A DNA stretch of 32,093 nucleotides. Origin: Octopus bimaculoides. Its lineage: Eukaryota. Under the pieces are notes generated by a model. It made no database searches, was not told the DNA's origin, and was given only the letters and a program-made list of their open reading frames with translations. Made by a program: the position numbers and the translations under genes. The stretch is from positions 56,133,907 to 56,165,999 of the forward strand of contig NC_068988.1 in the NCBI RefSeq assembly GCF_001194135.2, written 5' to 3'. Shown in pieces: positions 11,997-21,192 of this stretch; the stretch's first letter is position 1, and the number at the start of each line of letters is the position of its first letter.

Positions 11997-12476
11997 TTTA
12001 TATATCTGTTCGATTAAGACTGATTTTGGGGTACACTGTGTACTGTAGTTCGGGGTACACTATTACAACAAAAGAATAAATGGGTCTCTTCGAGTAAGGC
12101 AGATCTAGGATGAAAAAACAACCCCTTTATTGAAAAGTAATGTTTGTTGCCAATTCAGCGTGACTGTTCCATGCAGAACTTTGTTACTACGTTTTAACCT
12201 TAGGAAAATATCTTTTCCAGATGGTTACCGACACACAACCTGTGTCTGATATATTGCGAGTAAGAGAGCGAACTACTCCCCTCCAGCGTAACAAGACCAG
12301 TAGACCAGAACTGCATTTAGGGTCTTACGCTTCCTCAGTACTGGAAATTTACCTGCTAGAGATGGCAGTCATTCGTCCTCATTCGCTGTATATAAACAAA
12401 TAAGCGACAATCAGCCGCTGGTCTTGCAACAAGCAAAGTAGCAAGTTCTAAAGTCTCTATAAGAGATGTAAGTAGT

Positions 12477-12866
12477 TGTTGTTCTTGGCACTCCGTCGCT
12501 TACGACGTCGAGAGTTCCAGTTGATCCGATCAACGGAACAGCCTGCTCGTGAAATTAACGTGCAAGTGGCTGAGCTCTCCACAGACATGTGTACCCTTAG
12601 CGTCGTTCTCGGAGATATTCAGCGTGACACAGTGTGACAAGGCTGGCCCTTTGAAATACAGGCACAACAGAAACAGGAAGTAAGAGTGAGAGAAAGTTGT
12701 GGTGGAAGAGGACAGCAGGGTTCGCCACCATCCCCTGCCGGAGCCTCGTGGAGCTTTTAGTTGTTTTCGCTCAATAAACACTCACAACGTCCGGTCTGGG
12801 AAACGAAACCGCGATCCTATGACCGCGAGTCCGCTGACCTAACCACAGGGCCATTGCGCCTCCACT
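12477..12866 (-). mobile_element. Full-length tRNA-derived SINE family C with 12-bp TSD
   Basis: Minus strand starts GTGGAGGCGCAATGGCCCTGTGGTTAGG (A box) ... GGTTTCGTTTCCC (B-box-like) and ends ...GACGGAGTGCCAAGAACAACAAC. TSD GATGTAAGTAGT at 12465-12476 and 12867-12878. Confidence 0.92.
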
Positions 12867-12984
12867 GATGTAAGTAGTAACAATACTGAAAAATAATGTT
12901 TATTGCAATATATTAAATTTAAAGGTGGAGTATGGTCAATTAGATCTACAAAAATGCTGAGCTGATATTTTTTTTAACAACTTC

Positions 12985-13100
12985 CCAGATTGAAAGGCTA
13001 AGTTAGATTTAATGGTATTTGAAATCAGAACGCAAGGAGCCGTAGCAAAAACCCGCAAGGCATTTTTGCGCAACGTTCTAACGATTTCGCTAACTCACCA
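12985..13100 (-). mobile_element. Degraded SINE family A 5' part
   Basis: GAAAGGCTAAGTTAGATTT..TGGTATTTGAAATCAGAACG...GCAAGGCATTTT...CTAACGATTTCGC aligns by eye to the other minus copies. Confidence 0.55.
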
Positions 13101-13429
13101 TTCTGTTTGGGCTAATTACCGATCCCCTACTTTTCGAAATGCGAGGAAAATGAAAACTAAAGTTTAATCTTCGTTTAGGAGTGTGAAACAATGAATTCGA
13201 TCAACACTTTACACCTGTTATTTGTAGAGTTTTCTAAATATTCCGACAAGAAAAAAAATGTTGCAGATTTTTTAAACGGTTATCAAGAATTCTGTTGTAA
13301 ATGTTAAGTTCTTAGAGAGCTCATGCGAGAAAACAATACATAGAATATGAAATAAAAATACACCAAACATAGAAGAAAATAACTGACGTGGTTGTTATTG
13401 TAGCTCATAAGGATTCAAAGAATCAACAC

Positions 13430-14107
13430 GGTTACAAATTTTGGCAAAAGTCCAACAATTTTGGGGTATGGGGACAAGTCGATTACATCGACGGATCTAG
13501 TTTAAAACGGGGGCACCAGTTTTCATTAATGTTTTATGTAGTGTTTTTGGTACCGAAAGACTTTCAAACTTCGTATTTTGTGTTATAGAACAGAAAAAAA
13601 TTTTGGTATTCGAATTTATTTCATGTAAAAAATTGTCTTATTTCGATAATTTCTACTAATCACTGACGTCTATTCAGTTGAAAACAGTTAGCGCTGTAAC
13701 GGTGTATATCGTATTAATCCCCTAACCCTAACTAGACTGTTAACCCTAACTCTAGAATCCGAACTCTAAAATTGTTACACACATAGATACGCACAGCGTA
13801 ATTTATTATATAANNNNNNNNNNNNNNNNNNNNNNNNNNNNNNNNNNNNNNNNNNNNNNNNNNNNNNNNNNNNNNNNNNNNNNNNNNNNNNNATATGACA
13901 CATTCTACCAGTGTCCCAAGTTTCAAAGTGTTTCGTTAAGAAAATACTGGTGCCCCCGTTTTAAACTAGATCCACATCGACCCCTCCACGACCCCGAAAG
14001 GATGAAAGGCAAAGTCGATCACGGCAGAATTTGGACTCAACGTAAAACTGGAAGAAATGTTGCTGGTCCCTTTGTCCGACAAGCTGATGATTCTGCCAGC
14101 GCGCCGT
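13430..14107 (-). mobile_element. SINE family A copy split by the TIR element at 13493-13973
   Basis: ...AAGTCGATTACATCGAC (to 13492) resumes as ACATCGACCCC...GAAAGGATGAAAGGCAAAGTCG (from 13974). Confidence 0.8.
13493..13973. mobile_element. Non-autonomous DNA transposon with perfect 28-bp TIRs and 8-bp TSD (Merlin-like)
   Basis: GGATCTAGTTTAAAACGGGGGCACCAGT (13493-13520) and its exact reverse complement (13946-13973). TSD ACATCGAC at 13485-13492 and 13974-13981. GG termini with an 8-bp TSD fit Merlin better than hAT or P; the superfamily call is inference. Contains an N gap. Confidence 0.9.
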
Positions 14108-14122
14108 TTTTATTTCTCCTGC

Positions 14123-14339
14123 TAATAATAATCCTTTCTTCTTTAGACACAAAGCCTGAAATATTTTAAGGGGAAGGAATTTGTCGATTAGATCGACACC
14201 AGTGCTCAAATTGTACTTCTTTATCGACTCCGAAAGGATGAAAGGCAAAATCACTTTCGACGGAATTTGAACTCGGAACGTAAAGACAGACGAAATGTCG
14301 CTAAGCATTTTATCCTAACGATTCTGTCAGCTCGCCTTC
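14123..14339 (-). mobile_element. SINE family A, tail type 2
   Basis: Central block GAAAGGATGAAAGGCAAAA..ACTTTCGACGGAATTTGAACTC and head end TTCTGTCAGCTCGCCTTC. Confidence 0.85.
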
Positions 14340-14364
14340 TGCTATTACTACTATTACCAAAAAT

Positions 14365-14578
14365 TATAATAATCCTTTCTACTAAAGACACAAGGCCTGA
14401 AATTTGCGGGGAGGGGACTAGTCGTTTACATCCTTCCCAGTACTCAAATGGTACTTTATTTATCGAGCCCAAAAGGATGAAAGGCCTAGTCAACCTCGGT
14501 GGAATTTGAACTTAGAACGTAAAGACGGGCGAAATGCGTTAGGCATTTAGTCCTAACAATTCTGCCAGCTCGCCTTCC
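14365..14578 (-). mobile_element. SINE family A, tail type 2 (third copy of tandem cluster)
   Basis: Same blocks; ends TTCTGCCAGCTCGCCTTCC. Confidence 0.85.
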
Positions 14579-15494
14579 ACCACCAATAATAATAATAACT
14601 ATGATCATGTTTCCCAACCTTTCTTCACATTCATTTGTCTATATCCTGTAAACAATATAGCTTTTAGAGATGATATTTCCAAGAAAAGTTTGGGAAAAAC
14701 AAAAGGAAACACTTTTTTAATTAACTGTATCTTTTAATTACCAAACGCCTAATGCTTGATTTAGTTGCTGGCATCACAAGGCTTGAACCAAATAAGATTA
14801 TTAGAAAATAATCATCATCGTCGTCATTGACACCATAATCATCATCATGGTTATTGTTGTTATCAACATTTTTTCTGCATAAATGCTTACCTATGCAAAC
14901 TGCAAACATTCATACTCACATATACGTATGTATGTATATATATATGTGCGTGTGTGCGTGTGTGTGTGCGTGCGTGTACAGTTACGAACTTATTGTGTAT
15001 CCTGTTCACCCTAATATAATTTTACACTAATATACAAACGAAAACCGTCGGACGAATCTAGACTTTAATTTTGAAAAAGTATAATTCCTGTGATCAAGTT
15101 CGACTTAGCGTTTAATTCTTAATCTACATAATCACTAGTCATATTAATTACGTAACTGACTCTTTATTAATTATATTTCTCTGGATATATTCAGCTTTTA
15201 TGCAATGAACGATCAGCAGTTCGCATCCAGCACAACGTTCTTCCCAACCCTGTAAAATGTTGTGTACGAGAATTCCGGGTTTCATTACTAGCTCACTGAC
15301 TTAAACATATCTATTTATATGTAAACATATCTGCATGAATCTTAACTGTATATATTAATGCGTGCGTCTCTGTGTGTAATATTACATTCTATATATCTTT
15401 ATTAATAAAAGAGTAAATTTTAATGTATCAATTTATATATGTTAATATATGTCCTATGTTAATATATGTCCTAAATTTTTCGCATTCATGGAAT

Positions 15495-15780
15495 ATATAC
15501 GGCTTAGACGAATTTTCGCCAAACACACAAACTTTGTCTAATTACCGTCGAGTTACCATGATATTCTTTCATCGCTTCTCGACGCATCATTCTTACCAGT
15601 GTTTCTCTCTCCTTCTGCAATCTGTTGTTCAACAGGATACATCTCGAATAACATGCGCTTCCATCTTGTCTGTAGATGTATCCTACTCATTTCTGCTACG
15701 ACAGTCTTATGAATTGGAGTTATTTCAGCCATTCCCATCGCGCGTTGGTCGCAATCTCTTGTCACTCGGTTCCTAATATT
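15495..15780 (-). mobile_element. Degraded RTE LINE, post-RT C-terminal region
   Basis: Frameshifted minus translation ILGTE*QEIATNARAMGMAEITPIHKTV...VGYIYRQDGS...WRKFV resembles RTE ILGI.W.....N......G..PI......W.GH..R...WR.FV. Confidence 0.55.
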
Positions 15781-16199
15781 CTACATAAGACATTTTATTC
15801 AAAACGTAAGAATTTAACATCAGATGTAATGAAACTATGATAGTTTGTTCTGCATATTATATTTGTTTGAAAATTTATATTCATTTATCTATACAAATAT
15901 TTCTGACAAAAACATTTATGGGAAATAATAAAAAAAAATATGGCTTAATGAAATATGGCAAATAATGAAGGAAATAATGAAAAAAAAATATGACTTAATG
16001 AAGGGCCCTGCCTAAATCATCTTAGCTTGCCTCTTCCACACAGAAAAGAAAGTCTTGTCAGTCCGCCTCATTGTCCCAGCAGACAAAATGGAAAAGGCGT
16101 TGCCTCGAAGTAGATACGCTAGAACAGCCACTGTGACTCACGAGACTCGCATCCCGATAGCCATGTGCAGGGATGTGGTCTTAAGGATGTAGTCTTGAG

Positions 16200-16420
16200 G
16201 TCAACAATGCTAGGGGTCTCTACTGCCATAGGTTCGACTATAAACTTTGATAGTTTCTGTTGTGCCCATAATTTCTTTAACTGATTGATAAGCAAATCTT
16301 GTATTCTTACCACTCCTTTCTCTATCCACTTGAGCATCACCCTTTTCCGAAATGTAATTCAAGTACTTCCTTCTTTCACGCTTAATACATTTTCGTACTT
16401 CAGGAATTAAAGCTTGCATA
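16200..16420 (-). mobile_element. Degraded RTE-like LINE, linker between endonuclease and RT
   Basis: EVRKCIKRERRKYLNYISEKG...GKNTRFAYQSVKEIMG resembles the linker motif K..RDKR.Y......GN.R..Y..VK.L.G. Confidence 0.55.
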
Positions 16421-16965
16421 TTCAGTCCTTAGAAGAAATAACGTTAACAATCCTGCAAATGGAACAATAGACAATAAGTAAGATGTATTCTATAGTAAGC
16501 TTCAAGAGGCTGTTGGATAGATAGTAAAATGTTATTTGCTGCTGTATAAAGGAAATTTAATGCCAAACCTGGAAGCCGCAATGGTATTATTTTATTCCTG
16601 AATATAGGGGTAAATAGGGAAGCAGTAAATGAAGGAAAATGGAATACGGTTTACCAGTTTTTGTTTGACAAATGATTTGATAATCGGCGAGATATTTTGC
16701 GAATGCCGAAATATATAATATAGATTTAGCTTTTCCAGAAGGAAACAAACGCGCACACACACACAATTATTCGAGTCTTTGTTATATATATCTGATAACT
16801 TCTTTGAAGGCAGAAATCTGTTTTATTTTAGTCATATAACAGAAATTTTAAAATAGATTACCCTTTGCAAAATATCCCTCCATATGCTGTTGATAACATG
16901 ATACCAGTAATATACAGCAAACTGCTTCAAACGAACTCTATTTTTCCTCTTTATTCACAAAATAT

Positions 16966-17050
16966 AGCGGTAGGGAAGCGGACAAAGTGTCTTTTGGTTT
17001 TACATCCCGGTTCCAAGTCCTGTCGAGATCGACTTCGTCTTTCTTCATTG
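16966..17050 (+). mobile_element. Degraded SINE family A fragment, inverted relative to adjacent copies
   Basis: GGTTCCAAGTCCTGTCGAGATCGACTTCGTCTTTCTTC approximates GTTCAAATTCCGCCGAGGTCGACTTTGCCTTTCATC. Confidence 0.45.
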
Positions 17051-17106
17051 AAGAAGACAATAGTGGAGAGAGAGAGGAGCTGCCCTCTAGTGCCATGAGT
17101 GACGTA

Positions 17107-17598
17107 GGTCAGAATTTGAACTCAGAACGTAACGGCAGACGAAATACGGCTAAACATTCCGTCCAGCGTGCTAACGATTCTTATTTCTTTATTGCCCACA
17201 AGGGGCTAAACATAGAGGGGACAAACAAGGACAGACAAAAGGTTTAAGTCGATTACATCAACTACAGTGCGCAACTGGTACTTAATTTATCGACCCCCAA
17301 ATGATGAAAGGCAAAGTCGACTTCGGCGGAATTTGAACGCAGAACGTAATGGCAGACGAAATACCACTCAGCATTTCGACCGGCGTGCTAACGATTCTGC
17401 CAGCTCGACGCCTTATCAACAATAATAATCTTTTCTACTTTAGCCACAAGGCCCGAAATTTTGGGTGAAGGGACCAGTCGATTACACCGACTCCAGTACG
17501 AAATGGTACTTAATTTATCGACCCCGAAAGGATGAAAGGCAAAGTTGACCTCGGCGGGATTTGAACTCGGAACGTAAAGACAGACGAAATACTGCAAA
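17107..17598 (-). mobile_element. Three tandem SINE family A copies (17107-17182 partial, 17181-17414 tail type 1, 17421-17598 tail type 2)
   Basis: Three GAATTTGAAC.C.GAACGTAA B-box segments; both tail types present. Confidence 0.85.
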
Positions 17599-17661
17599 GC
17601 CTTGTGAGTGGATTTGGTTGACGGAAACTAAAAAACCCCGTCGTATATATATATATATATG

Positions 17662-17696
<35 letters not shown>

Positions 17697-17903
17697 ATTT
17701 GTGCTTGTGTTTGTTCCCCCATCATCACTTGACAACCGATGCTGGTGTGTTTACGTCCCCGTAACTTAGCAGTTCAGTAAAAGTAACCGATAGAATAAGT
17801 ACTAGACTTACAAAGAATAAGCCCTGGGGGTGATTTGCTCGACTAAAGGCGGTGCTCCAGCTTGGCCACAGCCAATTGACTGAAAAAAGTAAAAAATAAA
17901 AGA
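17595..17903 (+). mobile_element. 5'-truncated SINE family B fused to a family A copy
   Basis: Begins CAAAGCCTTGTGAGTGGATTTGG, has the internal microsatellite and a full 3' module. Confidence 0.85.
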
Positions 17904-17907
17904 ATAA

Positions 17908-17987
17908 TAACAATAGTTGTAGTAGTAGTAGTAGTAGTAGTAGTAATAACAACAACAACAGTAACAGCAATAATAATAATAATAATA
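17908..17987. repeat. Mixed (TAG)n/(AAC)n/(AAT)n microsatellite
   Basis: Direct inspection. Confidence 0.95.
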
Positions 17988-18186
17988 AATTTTTCTCATT
18001 TTTGGCACAAAGCCACGGATTTCGCGGGCTGGAGATTTGTCGATACCAGTCGTCCCCAATAGTTGACTGGTACTTTATTATATTGAGTCCGGAAGGATGA
18101 AAGGGGATTTGAACTCACAGTATAAAATGCCGTAACTAAATACTGCAAGGTTTTTTTCATTCCTGGCGCCCTAACAATTCCACTGA
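17988..18186 (-). mobile_element. Degraded SINE family A
   Basis: TTTTGGCACAAAGCC tail, GACTGGTACTTTAT, GAAGGATGAAAGG.GATTTGAACTC. Confidence 0.7.
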
Positions 18187-18851
18187 TACAGTGTAAAAAA
18201 AAAAAAAAAATCAACGCGAAAAAGGAAACAAATTCTACTTATTCATTGCTGTTGATAATACGCTCTCATTAACACGAATTCACTATCCTTTTTTATCCGT
18301 TTCTTATCTCTTTCTCTGTTGCTCTGTCTACGCCACCCCGTCTCTCTCACATACACACACTGTTTCACTAACGAGCTTGTTAAATAACTCCTTGCACTGA
18401 CCAGAATTATTAGCTACAAGCACTCTTACTTTTTGCTGATTGACTTATTGATTGCAATTTCCTGACAACATTATGTATTCTTTACGAATATTTATATTCC
18501 AGAACTTCAATCAGACATGAAGTGAAGAGAAGATTCTTCGCTTCTCTGAAAGTTCTTGAGGGATATATTTTTGCTGTCGTGTTTAATTGCATTGCAATCT
18601 CTTACGAGACTACTGGGACAGTTATTATGTCTCTTGTCCCACATTTTCGTTATTACAAATTTTCTAGTCATTGTATTTGCTTAAGAGAAAATTTTCCAAA
18701 CTCCTTCAACTGAGATGTTTCTTTATACGTTTTTATCGGTCGGACACGACACATCAATCAATGTACAAATCTGGCAAAGTTAGTATTTTATGACAATGTC
18801 CGTATTATGACAATGTCAGCATTAAAAGTGGATGTCTCCATTATTATTACA

Positions 18852-19038
18852 ATTGGCAGAAACGCTGGCGAACTGGTAGAATCGATAGAACGTCGTAAAA
18901 AATTTCCACGCAGCTTTTTTCCCTAACTCTTCATCTTCTAAGTTCAGATAACTCCTCCGTCAACTTTGAACTTTGCCTTTCGTCACTTCCGAATTGAAAT
19001 TAAAGAACAAGTTAAGTAGTATTGGGTCGAGGTCATCC
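18852..19038 (+). mobile_element. Strongly degraded SINE family A
   Basis: GGCGAACTGGTAGAATCG head, ACTTTGCCTTTCGTC, TGGGTCGAGGT. Confidence 0.55.
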
Positions 19039-19091
19039 CTGGTTGAGCAACCACATGACGGCTTCCGCTTTCGTGGTGCAGTGTTTATCAT

Positions 19092-19252
19092 CTACTTGCT
19101 TCAGTCATTGAACTGCAGCTATGCTGAGACCCGACTTTCAAGGGGTTAGGCGAATAAATCGACTACAGCACTAACTTTTCAGCTTTGGTACTTGTTCTAT
19201 CGGTTTTCAGTCGAGCCGCCAAGCCACTGGGATATTCAAAATCCAGCGCTGG

Positions 19253-19291
<39 letters not shown>

Positions 19292-19413
19292 ACAAACACA
19301 CACGATGTGTTTCCACATAGTTTTCATCTGTAAAATTCTCTCACAAGATGCCACGCAGCGGGACTGAACCAGAAAACACCTGGTTACAATGCGTGCTTCT
19401 TAACCACACAGTT
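19092..19413 (-). mobile_element. Degraded SINE family B
   Basis: TACTTGCTTCAGTCATTG, GGTACTTGTTCTATCGGT, internal (TA)n, GGGACTGAACC, TTCTTAACCACACAG are reverse complements of family B blocks. Confidence 0.7.
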
Positions 19414-20117
19414 ATATCTGCATTTATTTATTTATTATTTATTTCGTGCCGTATATATTTATATAATGATAAAACTATTAGCGAAGATATCGAAAAAGAC
19501 ACTTCTGGGTGTGACACTAAAATTAGCGAGGAAACCATCTTTTGCCCAGTATCCAAATCGAACAACAGAAATATCTACACAAATTTTTTTATGATACTTT
19601 TAAATAAAACTTGTGATGGTAATACTAGTAGTTCCTGAAACATACCATAACACTGGCGCCATTTCCACGAACAATCGCAATTGAAATTTGCCGAAACAAC
19701 CAGAAGGCTTTTTTTTATTGTTATTGCCCTAAAATGTCAACGAGGTAACGACGGCCAAGCGCCTCAGGCTGACACAAGCTGAAAGACAAGTCAGTCTTTC
19801 AACAGAAATTTCACCAACACACAGAAACCAGCAAATTAGTTTCTATGTTGGATGTCAGAGTATCAGGATGTGGCAGTCAAATCTTCTTCACATCACACCC
19901 TCAATATATTTGAATAGAACAGATACGTAGATGATGTTCTAAACAAGTGGTTCTCAACCAGGGTCCACGCGGCTCTTGACGGGTCCATACAAAATTCGTT
20001 GTTAAACATTATGTGCAATAAATTGGTTGTACTTTTACAATATACAAAATATTTCAACAATTCTTTATACACATTATTTACATTTGATGGAAATGTGTCC
20101 TCATCATGTTTGTTGTT

Positions 20118-20163
20118 AACACAACGTTTCGGCTGATATACCCTCCAGCCTTCATCAGGTGTC
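20118..20163 (-). ncRNA. Minimal type I hammerhead ribozyme of Penelope-like-element type, structurally intact
   Basis: Minus strand GACAC-CUGAUGA-A-GGCUG-gaggguauau-CAGCC-GAAA-CGUU-GUGUU: stem I GACAC/GUGUU, stem II 5 bp, loopless palindromic ACGU stem III, GUU triplet. Confidence 0.75.
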
Positions 20164-20213
20164 TTGGGGAAATTTCGAACCTGGGTTCTCATTCCGAAGA
20201 TATTTTTCGACGA

Positions 20214-20251
<38 letters not shown>

Positions 20252-20254
20252 TCA

Positions 20255-20320
20255 TATGGCGTAGCGGTTAAGAGCGCGGGCTACTAACTCCAAGATTCCG
20301 AGTTCGATTCCAGGCAGTGA

Positions 20321-20325
<5 letters not shown>
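20255..20325 (+). promoter_or_regulatory. tRNA-derived internal Pol III promoter (A and B boxes)
   Basis: A box TGGCGTAGCGG (20257-20267), anticodon-loop-like CTACTAA, B box GAGTTCGATTCC (20300-20311). Stems are too mismatched for a functional tRNA. Confidence 0.7.
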
Positions 20326-20355
<30 letters not shown>

Positions 20356-20402
20356 TCGAAAAATACCTTAGGAATGAGAACCCAGGTTCAAAATTTCCCC
20401 AA

Positions 20403-20448
20403 GACACCTGATGAAGGCCGGAAAGTATATCAGCTGAAATGTTGTATT
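20403..20448 (+). ncRNA. Degenerate copy of the same hammerhead motif
   Basis: GACAC-CTGATGA-A-GGCCG...CAGCT-GAAA-TGTT-GTATT; six transitions relative to the minus copy weaken stems I, II and III. Confidence 0.55.
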
Positions 20449-21040
20449 AACAACAAACACGATGAGGACAAATGTCCGTCAAATGTAAACAGTGTACACA
20501 ATTCCTCATCTCTTAAATATAGAACTGAATTTTTTATACAATTCCTCAGAATACCTATAACAATATAATGAGATTTTGGTCCAGTAGAGTAAAAGAGGAA
20601 CTTTTCTAAGTTTATAGGCAAAAAATGGTTGAGAATCGGTGTTCTAGATAAACCTATAAGCTGGTACTGAGTGGAATGTCTTTTACCATAGATCTGCTGT
20701 ATTATGGATGATTAGGGCTAACCAACAACAACTTCTCAAATATGAGCCAACGAAGGAACTTCAAAGTGGTTTCTTGCCTGGCTTCAGTGCTAGAAATAGC
20801 AGTCAAATTTTCCATCGATCAATATCCCATTGTCTTTAAGAAAACAAGAAAAGTCACACTAGATCAGCATTTGCCAAGTGGAATTACACGGAAACCTATA
20901 ATTTCTTTATATGTAAATTCTATTATTTAGTTATCTTCGTGTTTAATTTTACATTCGAGTAGTTTTATATTACACGCGCTGTTGATTCGAAATTCTGGCA
21001 TATATAGGTAGTAAGGAGACCATACGGAAAAACCACTTAA

Positions 21041-21192
21041 GTTGTGTAGTTAAGAAGCTCGCTTTGCAACCACTTAGTTTCTGGTTCAGTCCCATGGCAA
21101 GGCATCTTGCGCAAGTGTTTTTTTTACTGCAGCCCCGAACTGACTAATGTCTTGTGGGTGAATCTCATTGACGGAAACTGTGGATTATATAT
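21041..21192 (+). mobile_element. Degraded SINE family B 5' module
   Basis: GTGTAGTTAAGAAGCTCGCTT..CAACCAC...GGTTCAGTCCCA...GCAAGTGT...GACGGAAACTG. Confidence 0.7.

Larger units (their letters stand above)
20071..20527 (+). mobile_element. Non-autonomous retroelement: tRNA-like head plus Penelope-type pLTR/hammerhead module, with an inverted second copy of the module at its 5' side
   Basis: About 180-bp inverted arms (20071-20254 vs 20318-20495) around a tRNA-like core. 12-bp TSD AATTCTTTATAC (20059-20070) / AATTTTTTATAC (20528-20539). Confidence 0.8.
19945..20641. mobile_element. hAT-like MITE (same family as 4134-4368) interrupted by the 20071-20527 insertion
   Basis: TIRs AGTGGTTCTCAACCA (19946-19960) and TGGTTGAGAATCGGTG (20626-20641). 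Degenerate 8-bp TSD TTCTAAAC (19937-19944) / TTCTAGAT (20642-20649), matching the NTCTAGAN target preference of hAT-Charlie elements. Confidence 0.78.

Noticed and set aside
13720-13770. CCCTAACCCTAAC as an interstitial telomere
   Set aside because: Only two or three degenerate units, inside a TIR element.
16311-16452. Apparent minus-strand exon (TTTGCAG acceptor, GTAAGA donor) of a nested gene
   Set aside because: All frames from the acceptor contain stops, and the peptide is better explained as an RTE linker remnant.
20248-20325. Functional tRNA gene (loop CT-ACT-AA)
   Set aside because: Anticodon and T stems have multiple mismatches, and the apparent acceptor stem is created by the inversion junction; treated as a retroelement head.
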